A stretch of DNA of 64,000 nucleotides from Candidatus Magasanikiibacteriota bacterium (GTDB taxonomy: Bacteria > Patescibacteriota > Patescibacteriia > Magasanikbacterales > GWA2-37-8): NCBI GenBank assembly GCA_026396515.1, contig JAPLWQ010000002.1:193230-257229 (forward strand), in the 5' to 3' direction. The notes beneath the pieces were generated by a model. It did no database searches. It was given only the letters and a program-made list of their open reading frames with translations, and had not been told where the DNA came from. Made by a program: the position numbers and the translations under genes. This document shows, one piece after another, positions 47,951 through 55,897 of this stretch (the stretch's first letter is position 1; each line of letters opens with the position of its first letter).

Positions 47951-48102
47951 ATATATTGTTATTAAAGAACACCCTGCACAATGTCAGGGTGTTTTTTAAT
48001 TATTTTGACGCCAAAAATATCCGCAAACAAGTAGAAATATTGACATCTTGGCTGATTTATGGTACCGTTACTTGTCGATCTTTTCACCAAAAGGGGGCAT
48101 AA

Positions 48103-48585
48103 ATGTCTTCTCAACAAATAGACGAAATGCTGACCTACGTCAGCCAAATCATGCATCAAATTGAGCAGGGCGACATCCCCGCGGCCGAAATCGAACTGAT
48201 TGTTTCGCTGTTCGCCGGCCTGATCAAACCCGAGAGTCGCGCCAAGGTTCTTCGCTCATTGACGAGAACCATTCCGACCATGCCGCCGGCATCAGCCGAT
48301 GCGCCGGACGAAGGGCCGATTACCATTGAGTCGGAGAAGGAGCTCATCGAGCAGAGGGGTCGGGAAGAAACGATCGCCATCTCCACGGAGCCGCAGGATC
48401 TGCCGACCTATGCCGCCAAGATTGGTATAAAACCCACGGGCGATACAACCTACCACATGGTCGGCCAGGGGGCTCACGCCGGACCCCACAGGGGCGGGCT
48501 GCGGGCCGCCAACCTCGACGAGCAAACCACAAAACAACGCCGAGTCATCGATGTCCGCAGTCTCCGCGGCCCGGGCAAAGATTAA
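48103..48585 (+). CDS. Hypothetical protein (GC-rich cassette 4)
   Basis: 160 aa. SD AAAGGGGG 6 nt before the ATG. Upstream TTGACA at 48040-48045. Dense shadow ORFs on both strands show high GC. Terminator AACCAGCC-CCACAG-GCTGGTTTTTCC at 48602-48627. Confidence 0.45.
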   Translation: MSSQQIDEMLTYVSQIMHQIEQGDIPAAEIELIVSLFAGLIKPESRAKVLRSLTRTIPTMPPASADAPDEGPITIESEKELIEQRGREETIAISTEPQDLPTYAAKIGIKPTGDTTYHMVGQGAHAGPHRGGLRAANLDEQTTKQRRVIDVRSLRGPGKD

Positions 48586-48691
48586 CTCGCGCACCTTTCC
48601 GAACCAGCCCCACAGGCTGGTTTTTCCATATATAATTGACTTTTCTCAATATTTCCGCTAAACTGCCAATTGCTTTTATTAACATCATTAT

Positions 48692-49972
48692 ATGCCATAC
48701 GAATTGAAAAAATTGGAAAAATCAGAAGTGGAATTAACTATCACGGTCACACCGCCTGAGTACCAGCACGACCTTGAGCATGCGGCAAAACATTTGTCCG
48801 AAGTAGCCGCCATCAAAGGTTTCCGCCCGGGAGCTGCGCCTTATGATATTGTTAAACAGCAAGTGGGAGAGCAAAAAATATTGGAAGCCGCTCTTGAAGA
48901 AGTCGTCCATAAGAATTTTTATAAAGCGATTGATTCAGAAAAGCTTCAGACGGTCGGCATGCCGATGATCACGATCGAAAAACTGGCTTCGGGCAATGAT
49001 ATCGTTTTTAAGGCAAAAGTCGCTCTTCTGCCAAAAATTAAACTTGCTGATTTCGGGAAAATAAAGGTTGAGACAAAAAAAATTGAAGTGGGCGACAGGG
49101 AAATTGCCGCCACCTTGTATGACCTGCAAAAAATGCGAATGAAAGAGGAAACAAAAAATGGCGCCGCCACAAAAGAAGACAAAATTGTGGTTGATCTGGA
49201 TATGTTTATTGATAAGGTACCGGTAGAAGGCGGACAGGCCAAAGGTCATCAGGTATATTTAAGCGAAGAGCATTACATACCGGGTTTTGCCGAACAGTTG
49301 ATCAATTTAAAAAAAGACGACGAAAAAGAATTTTCCTTAAAATTCCCTAAAGAACACTACCAAAAACATCTGGCCGGCAAGGAAGTTGATATTAAGGTTA
49401 AGGCAAAAGATATTTTCTCTCTGGAATTACCGGCTCTCAATGATGATTTCGCCAAAAGTTTGGGGCAAAATGATATCGAAACACTAAAGTCTTTGATTCA
49501 AGAAAATCTTAAACATGAGGCTGAGCATAAGGAATCTCAACGTCTTGAGGTGGCAATTCTGGAACAGTTGGTTGAAAAAAGCGAATTTGCGGAAATTCCT
49601 GAAGTGCTTATTAAATCGGAAAAACAGAAAATGTTCAATGAATTAAAACATGATTTGGAACACCGCGGCATTGAAATGGAAAAATATTTACAGGACTTAA
49701 AAAAATCAGAAGAGGAAATCTACCGTGACTTTGAGGAAGGCGCACTCAAGCGGGTAAAGGCTTCTCTGGTCGCGAGAGAAGTGGCAATTGAAAACAAAAT
49801 CGAGGTTGATAAAGACGAATTGAATAAAGAAATCGATTTAATCAAGGCCACGTATGGCAACGACCCGAAGGTGGAAGAAAATCTTAAGCGGCCGGAGGTG
49901 CTGGACACTATCGCACGGACAGTGCAAAATAGAAAAGTGGTTGAATTCCTCAAAAAGCAAATAATAAAATAA
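48692..49972 (+). CDS. tig: Trigger factor
   Basis: 426 aa. N-terminal ribosome-binding domain with a GFRPG-type motif, then PPIase-like and C-terminal helical arm regions. Confidence 0.85.
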   Translation: MPYELKKLEKSEVELTITVTPPEYQHDLEHAAKHLSEVAAIKGFRPGAAPYDIVKQQVGEQKILEAALEEVVHKNFYKAIDSEKLQTVGMPMITIEKLASGNDIVFKAKVALLPKIKLADFGKIKVETKKIEVGDREIAATLYDLQKMRMKEETKNGAATKEDKIVVDLDMFIDKVPVEGGQAKGHQVYLSEEHYIPGFAEQLINLKKDDEKEFSLKFPKEHYQKHLAGKEVDIKVKAKDIFSLELPALNDDFAKSLGQNDIETLKSLIQENLKHEAEHKESQRLEVAILEQLVEKSEFAEIPEVLIKSEKQKMFNELKHDLEHRGIEMEKYLQDLKKSEEEIYRDFEEGALKRVKASLVAREVAIENKIEVDKDELNKEIDLIKATYGNDPKVEENLKRPEVLDTIARTVQNRKVVEFLKKQIIK

Positions 49973-49973
49973 T

Positions 49974-50813
49974 ATGTACTTCGGAGCGCATGTTTCCATA
50001 GCGGGGGGGCTTGTAAACGCGCCGTTAAACGCCGCCAAGATAGGCTGTGAAGTTTTTCAGATATTCACCCGCTCTCCTCAGGGCGGCTGGACGCCGGAAT
50101 TAAACGCTAAAATCGCGACCGATTTTAAAGCTGCCTGCAAAACTGCCAAGCAAAAAGAGTGGTATGTTCACACTCCATATTTTATTAATTTTGCTTCTTC
50201 TAACCCGCGAATTAAGCACGCCTCCATCAGCATCGTCCGCCAAGAATTGGAGCGGGCTTCCATGCTCGGCGCAAAATTTTTAATGACCCACCTCGGCAGC
50301 TACGCCTCGCTCGGCAAAGAAAAAGGATTCGTGCAATTAATTGCCGCACTAGACGCTACACTCAAAGGCTATAAAGGAAAAACAAAATTTCTAATAGAAA
50401 TATCCGCGGGAGCCGGCGACATAATCGGCGGCACCTTCGAAGATATGGCAAAAATTGTTCTTCACCCGACATTAAAAAAATACGACATCGGCGTTTGTTT
50501 TGATACACAGCACGCCTTTGCTTCCGGCTATGACATCCGCGATAAAAGCCTCGTAGACAAAACATTGGCACACTTTGATAAAACTATCGGGCTAAAAAGG
50601 CTGAAAATGTCTCACTGCAATGATTCAAAAACAGAATTCAACTCTCATAGCGACCACCATGCGCATATCGGCAAAGGTAAAATCGGAAATGACGGTTTCG
50701 CGGCGCTAATATCCGACAAGCGCCTCGCCAAAATAAATTTTATTTTGGAGACAAAACCGGATATGGTCGAAGATGATTTGGTATTGCTCAAGAAACTTCG
50801 CGATAATAAGTAA
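49974..50813 (+). CDS. nfo: Endonuclease IV (AP endonuclease, TIM-barrel)
   Basis: MYFGAHVSIAGG... and the conserved His/Asp/Glu metal ligands, alignable along its length to E. coli Nfo. Confidence 0.85.
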   Translation: MYFGAHVSIAGGLVNAPLNAAKIGCEVFQIFTRSPQGGWTPELNAKIATDFKAACKTAKQKEWYVHTPYFINFASSNPRIKHASISIVRQELERASMLGAKFLMTHLGSYASLGKEKGFVQLIAALDATLKGYKGKTKFLIEISAGAGDIIGGTFEDMAKIVLHPTLKKYDIGVCFDTQHAFASGYDIRDKSLVDKTLAHFDKTIGLKRLKMSHCNDSKTEFNSHSDHHAHIGKGKIGNDGFAALISDKRLAKINFILETKPDMVEDDLVLLKKLRDNK

Positions 50814-50814
50814 T

Positions 50815-51033
50815 ATGCGACTAAATGTTAGGGTGATACCTCGATCTTCAAAAAATGAAATCATTGAACTTTCCGACGGCTCGATTAAAGCCAAACTGAC
50901 GGCTCCACCAGTGGAGGGCGAGGCAAATAAAAAACTAATTGAACTTATCGCAAAAAAATTTAATACTGCAAAAAGCCGTGTACAAATAGTGAGGGGAGCA
51001 AGGGGAAAAAATAAAATTATTGATTTACTCTGA
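50815..51033 (+). CDS. DUF167/YggU-family protein
   Basis: 72 aa, MRLNVRVIPRSSKNEI...KAKLTAPPVEGEANKKLIELIAKKF. Confidence 0.55.
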   Translation: MRLNVRVIPRSSKNEIIELSDGSIKAKLTAPPVEGEANKKLIELIAKKFNTAKSRVQIVRGARGKNKIIDLL

Positions 51034-51034
51034 T

Positions 51035-51427
51035 ATGCTTCAGCAAATAAACCGTTTGGCCAAAATTCGCGATTTTAATTTATTGGTTAAGCATGGCCGT
51101 TTTATAAATGGTTCTTTTTTATCTTTGAAAACGCTGCACTTAATTGACATAAAAAAATATTTTCCCTTAAAAGAAGACCCCGATAAATTTGAAGCGCAAC
51201 TTCGCATTGCTTTTGCCGTTAGCACTAAAATTTCTAAAAGCGCAGTAAAACGCAATCGTTTCCGCCGACAACTCCGCGAAGCTATCCGCCTACTTATTAA
51301 AGAAACCAAAATTGACAACGGTTGGTACCTGTTGTTTATTGCCAAGCCCGGCTGTCTGGATAATACTTATGAAGATATTAAAAATCAAGCAGTGGAACTA
51401 TTAAGCAGGACGAAGGCTTTAAAATAG
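51035..51427 (+). CDS. rnpA: Ribonuclease P protein component
   Basis: RnpA-like basic protein (KHGRF..., RNRFRRQLREAIR). Start at MLQQ directly after the DUF167 stop. Confidence 0.8.
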   Translation: MLQQINRLAKIRDFNLLVKHGRFINGSFLSLKTLHLIDIKKYFPLKEDPDKFEAQLRIAFAVSTKISKSAVKRNRFRRQLREAIRLLIKETKIDNGWYLLFIAKPGCLDNTYEDIKNQAVELLSRTKALK

Positions 51428-51428
51428 T

Positions 51429-51701
51429 ATGAAAAAATTGCCGGAATACATTAAATTTTTACTATATTTACCGCGAATGCCATTTCTAATGCTTATTAGA
51501 CTATACCAGAAGACATTCTCCCCTGACCACGGACCAGTAAAGCGTTTTTTTCCGCATGGATACTGCCAATTTTACCCCAGCTGCAGCGAATATGGCCACC
51601 AAGCCATAAAGAAATACGGCCTTCTAATAGGCATCCCCAAGGCAATCTGGAGGGTTCTGCGCTGTAACCCCTGGAGCGCCGGCGGGATTGATCTGCCATA
51701 A
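51429..51701 (+). CDS. yidD: Membrane protein insertion efficiency factor YidD
   Basis: LIRLYQKTFSP...GYCQFYPSCSEYGHQAIKKYG...RVLRCNPWSAGGIDLP, diagnostic of YidD. Confidence 0.85.
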   Translation: MKKLPEYIKFLLYLPRMPFLMLIRLYQKTFSPDHGPVKRFFPHGYCQFYPSCSEYGHQAIKKYGLLIGIPKAIWRVLRCNPWSAGGIDLP

Positions 51702-51711
51702 TTATTATACA

Positions 51712-51740
51712 AAAAACCCGCTATTTTAGCGGGTTTTTTA
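51712..51740. terminator. Bidirectional terminator between yidD and rpmH
   Basis: AAAAAACCCGCT-ATTTT-AGCGGGTTTTTT. Confidence 0.6.
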
Positions 51741-51783
51741 AATTTGGTCGGCAGAGATCAAAGCCATTCTACCGGGTTGACAA

Positions 51784-51960
51784 CTATCTGGTTTTCCGCG
51801 TACGCTTACCCTTGCGCTCATTTGAAACGGTTAATTTCTTTCTTCCCTTGGCACGTCGGCGACTTAATACGTTTCTACCGCCCTTCGTACTCATGCGCTT
51901 TCTAAAACCATGACTTTTGGCTCTTTTGCGCTTATTTGGTTGGTATGTTCTCTTCGGCAT
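51784..51960 (-). CDS. rpmH: 50S ribosomal protein L34
   Basis: [45 protein letters not shown], with a short basic C-terminal extension. Convergent with rnpA-yidD and divergent from dnaA. Confidence 0.8.
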   Translation of the reverse strand: MPKRTYQPNKRKRAKSHGFRKRMSTKGGRNVLSRRRAKGRKKLTVSNERKGKRTRKTR

Positions 51961-52040
51961 ATGACTATATAATATTAGAATGCTATAAGCATAGCTCATT
52001 ACGCGAGTCAAGTCAAGGTTTGCGGTCGTTTAAGCGGTAA

Positions 52041-52049
52041 TTATCCACA
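52041..52049 (+). promoter_or_regulatory. Consensus DnaA box upstream of dnaA
   Basis: TTATCCACA, followed by a weaker TTTTCCACA at 52052-52060. Confidence 0.55.
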
Positions 52050-52140
52050 CCTTTTCCACATCTCCTGCACTTTGTAAGTTCGATTTTTTGGCTATGTTGT
52101 GATAAAATTCAGTAAATTAAAAAACTCGGATATACCCATT

Positions 52141-53538
52141 ATGAACAATAACGAGATCTGGCAGGCCGTGCTTGCCGAACTGGAACTATCAATATCAAAA
52201 GCCAATTTTATCACCTGGTTTAAAAATACAGGCATCGTTTCAGTTCAGGAAGGCCAAATATTGCTTTGCGTGCCCAACACATTCGCACGCGCCTGGTTTG
52301 AAAAAAAATATCACCATATGATTATCAAATCAATGGAGCGCATTATGGGCAAGCCTGTGCGCCGCCTTGAATATAAAATTGATAATATAAGAAATTTAGC
52401 TGAACAAGCGGCAAATGCATTCGATACCTTTACCACTGCCTACGCCGGAGGCGCGGAGACAGTTGACGCCTCACGGTCACTATCGAGACCCGCCAGCCAA
52501 AATGGGGGTTTTGCTCTCAATCCAAAATATTGTTTTGAAAATTTTGTCGTCGGTAGCGGATCAGAGCTCGCTTACGCGGCGGCCAAGGCGGTTTCTGAAC
52601 GGCCCGGCGAAGCATACAATCCACTATTTATTTATGGGGGCGTCGGTCTCGGAAAAACCCACCTCATTCAGGCCATTGGCACCCAAATATTAAAAAATAA
52701 TCCAAGCGCCGCTGTTTTATACGTAAGCGCTGAAAAATTTTCAAATGATTTTATACAATCGGTAAAAGAAGGCACGGCAAAAGAATTTCAAAATCATTAC
52801 CGAAACATTGATTTGCTTCTAATTGATGATATCCAATTCATTGCCGGCAAAGACCGCACGCAGGAATCTTTTTTTCACACCTTCAACGAACTCCACCAAC
52901 AGAACAAGCAAATTGTATTAACCTCCGACCGGCCGCCAAAAGCCATCCCCACATTAGAGGACAGATTAAAATCCAGATTTGAGTGGGGGATGATCGCCGA
53001 CATTACCATGCCTGATTTTGAAACACGCGTCGCTATTTTGCAGAAGAAATGTTCAGAAAAAACTTTTGACTTGCCTGAAAAAGTGCTTCACACCATCGCC
53101 GCTTCAGTCCAATCGAATATTCGCGAGCTTGAGGGGTCGCTTAATAAAATTATCGCCTACCACCAATTGAAGAATTTGACTCCCTCGGTTGAGTCAGTGA
53201 AATCATTACTTAGCTCAATCGAAACAGCCTCAATGAAGCAATCACTGGCCCCGCGCCAGATTACAGAGACTGTTTGCCAGTTTTATAGCATCCCATCGGA
53301 AAACATTTCCAATAAAAGCCGCGAAAAACGCGTTTCTTACCCACGGCAGATCATTATGTATCTCATGCGTGAGGAATTAAAAATGTCTTACCCTACAATT
53401 GGCGGCGAATTGGGCGGCCGCGATCACACTACGGCAATGCACGCCTATGAGAAAATTCGGCGCGACGTTGAAAATAGCCCTAAATTGAAACAAGAAATTG
53501 AATTAATTAAGCAACGACTATATATAAATAATGTTTAA
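52141..53538 (+). CDS. dnaA: Chromosomal replication initiator DnaA
   Basis: AAA+ Walker A GGVGLGKTHL, Walker B LLLIDDIQF, sensor motifs, and the C-terminal DNA-binding domain with a DnaA signature. Alternative upstream start at 52099. Confidence 0.9.
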   Translation: MNNNEIWQAVLAELELSISKANFITWFKNTGIVSVQEGQILLCVPNTFARAWFEKKYHHMIIKSMERIMGKPVRRLEYKIDNIRNLAEQAANAFDTFTTAYAGGAETVDASRSLSRPASQNGGFALNPKYCFENFVVGSGSELAYAAAKAVSERPGEAYNPLFIYGGVGLGKTHLIQAIGTQILKNNPSAAVLYVSAEKFSNDFIQSVKEGTAKEFQNHYRNIDLLLIDDIQFIAGKDRTQESFFHTFNELHQQNKQIVLTSDRPPKAIPTLEDRLKSRFEWGMIADITMPDFETRVAILQKKCSEKTFDLPEKVLHTIAASVQSNIRELEGSLNKIIAYHQLKNLTPSVESVKSLLSSIETASMKQSLAPRQITETVCQFYSIPSENISNKSREKRVSYPRQIIMYLMREELKMSYPTIGGELGGRDHTTAMHAYEKIRRDVENSPKLKQEIELIKQRLYINNV

Positions 53539-53800
53539 TTTTGTTTATATTGTGTGGATAAATCTGTTAAAACAGTGACTAGCGGCTCTTACTTATCCCC
53601 ACATTATAGTAGCTATACACACTCAGGCGAAGAGCAAAAAAATGTCCTCACCTTTTATACAGAGATTTTTACTTGACTATACACAGGTAACTAATCAATA
53701 ATACCCTTATCTGAGCGCAAAAAAGGAATTATCCCCTCTATTCACATCCCTTATTATTATGATTATCTAAATATATATAAAATAATACCAATTAATAAAT
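53539..53800. promoter_or_regulatory. Putative oriC (dnaA-dnaN intergenic)
   Basis: DnaA box TGTGGATAA at 53553-53561, near-box TTATCCCCA at 53593-53601, and an AT-rich stretch CTAAATATATATAAAATAATACCAATTAATAAAT at 53767-53800. Confidence 0.6.
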
Positions 53801-54925
53801 ATGAAGATCACATGTATAAAAGAAAATTTAGCGACAGCACTATCATTAGTAACAAATTTGGCTACAAAGAGCGTAAATTTGCCAATATTAAGTAATGTTT
53901 TAATTAAAGCCAGCGAACAAAAAGTGGAAATAATATCAACAAATCTGGAATTAGCAATTATTGTTTCCATCAGGGCTAAGGTGGAAGAACCCGGGTCGTT
54001 TACCGTACCAGCTAGAACCCTGACAGATTTTGTAAATTTGCTAGCTGATGAAAAAATTGATGTCGAATTGAAAGAAAATGAACTGGTTGTGTCGTGCGGA
54101 AAATCGGCGACTAAGATTAAGGGTATCCCGGCGGACGAATATCCCGTCATACCAGCAGTGGGCGAGGGTCAGGGTTTTTTGGTACCGGTGGAAGATATGA
54201 AAAAAGGCCTCTCACAAGTCAACCTGGCGGCCGCGCGCAACGACATCAGGCCGGAACTGTCCGGTGTATTGTTTGCCTTTAATCTGGAAAACAGCGGCCA
54301 GTTGGTTGTAGCGGCGACAGATAGTTATCGCCTGGCCGAGAAAAAGATAAAGCTCCTTCAGGGCAAGGAATCCTTTCGGGTTATTGTACCAGGCCGCACC
54401 TCACAGGAAATTGCTCATATTCTTTCTTCGTCCAGTGAATTGGAATCTGAAAAAAGCGTACGCATAATTCTAAGTGAAAATCAGATTGCGGTGAATTATA
54501 ACAGTGTGCAGATGATTTCACGTTTGGTGGAAGGGCAATATCCGGACTACACTCAAATTATTCCCAAAGATTTCAAAACATCGGCTGAGTTTTCTATCGC
54601 CAAAATGGTTAAAGAAATAAAAGCAGCGAGTCTATTTACAACGGTCGGAGTAAACGCGGTTGCTTTTGATATTCTGCCCGCTGAGGGAGAAATAAAAATT
54701 GCGTCAACTTCAACTCAGACAGGTGAATATCGCTCCGGGATGGAAGCGGAAATTAAAGGAGAAAAAAATGCTATTCTCTTAAATCACAGATATTTATTGG
54801 ACGGGTTAAATAGTATTAACGGAGACGTAGGGACGCTTAAAATAATTAATAGTGACAGTCCATGCGTCCTCATTGGAAAAAACGAGGAAAATTATTTGTA
54901 TATAGTCATGCCTATACGGCAGTAG
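53801..54925 (+). CDS. dnaN: DNA polymerase III beta sliding clamp
   Basis: 374 aa, three-domain clamp, N-terminus MKITCIKENLATALSLV. Confidence 0.9.
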   Translation: MKITCIKENLATALSLVTNLATKSVNLPILSNVLIKASEQKVEIISTNLELAIIVSIRAKVEEPGSFTVPARTLTDFVNLLADEKIDVELKENELVVSCGKSATKIKGIPADEYPVIPAVGEGQGFLVPVEDMKKGLSQVNLAAARNDIRPELSGVLFAFNLENSGQLVVAATDSYRLAEKKIKLLQGKESFRVIVPGRTSQEIAHILSSSSELESEKSVRIILSENQIAVNYNSVQMISRLVEGQYPDYTQIIPKDFKTSAEFSIAKMVKEIKAASLFTTVGVNAVAFDILPAEGEIKIASTSTQTGEYRSGMEAEIKGEKNAILLNHRYLLDGLNSINGDVGTLKIINSDSPCVLIGKNEENYLYIVMPIRQ

Positions 54926-54977
54926 ATTAATAATTAAAAAACATCCCGGCACAACCGAGATGTTTTAATTTCTCCAA

Positions 54978-55400
54978 TTAATTTATCGGAGGATTATAAT
55001 TATCTCTTAACAAATTTTGAATGGGGAGGAAAAGTGGCCGTGGCAGGTCGCCCCATTCAAACCACTCCCATTTTTCGCACTTGTCCGGCTCCATTATTTT
55101 TATCTCGCCGGAATCATAGTCGGCGAGCATGAAGATTGTAATATAATGTTTTTCTTCATTCGAAAAAATATCATTGGTCGCCGTGCCGAAGCGGATGCCA
55201 TTTATTTTTATTCCTGCTTCTTCCATCGTCTCTCTTGCGGCGCAATCTTCCCATGTTTCATTAAATTCCAGATGGCCGCCTGGAAAGCTCCACGTGCCGT
55301 CTCCATGAGAATTTTTTCTTTTTCCCATAAGTATCCTGCCGTTTTTTATAATAATGACCCCTACCCCCACCTTGGGTCGTTTGTCTTCGCAATGAATCAT
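54978..55400 (-). CDS. NUDIX hydrolase
   Basis: Nudix box GGHLEFNETWEDCAARETMEEAGI. Confidence 0.8.
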   Translation of the reverse strand: MIHCEDKRPKVGVGVIIIKNGRILMGKRKNSHGDGTWSFPGGHLEFNETWEDCAARETMEEAGIKINGIRFGTATNDIFSNEEKHYITIFMLADYDSGEIKIMEPDKCEKWEWFEWGDLPRPLFLPIQNLLRDNYNPPIN

Positions 55401-55885
55401 ATAGAAAAATATTTTTTCAGGATATACAACAATTCGGGGTGAAATTTTTCGCCCTCGGAAATCATCTTAGTGATTTCGTCAATGCTAAAGAAATCCACTC
55501 TTTCAACTACGCCGAGGTCCGGCCTGAATGGGCCATTAAAACTTGTTTTAAATACGGAAATGAATTTATCGGGAGAATCTGGCACCTGATAAAAATCCTT
55601 GCCGACAAGCTCTATACTGCTGTTTGCACCTAATTCCTCGGAGTACTCTCTCGCCGCGGCTTGTTTGTAGGTTTCGCCGGCCTGAACGTGGCCGCCGACG
55701 GCAGTAGACCAATGGTTTGGGCAAAAAGAAACATTGTTGCTTCTAAGCTGCAGGGCCATTTTTCCCTCGTCATTAAATATGAGGACGTGCGATATCCGAT
55801 GACACAGTAATTTTTTATATGCATCTTCTTTTGATACGAGTCCGATCACATTATCACCACTGTCAACGATATCAAGCATCTCCAT
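55397..55885 (-). CDS. NUDIX hydrolase (second, adjacent; 4-bp overlap)
   Basis: Nudix box GGHVQAGETYKQAAAREYSEELG. Confidence 0.75.
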   Translation of the reverse strand: MEMLDIVDSGDNVIGLVSKEDAYKKLLCHRISHVLIFNDEGKMALQLRSNNVSFCPNHWSTAVGGHVQAGETYKQAAAREYSEELGANSSIELVGKDFYQVPDSPDKFISVFKTSFNGPFRPDLGVVERVDFFSIDEITKMISEGEKFHPELLYILKKYFSI

Positions 55886-55897
55886 ATTAAATGGTTT

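Noticed and set aside
48156-48594. Multiple overlapping ORFs on both strands (48156-48386, 48292-48594, 48344-48532 minus)
   Set aside because: These are long random ORFs expected in a GC-rich segment. Only the plus-strand ORF has an SD, promoter-like -35 and a terminator.
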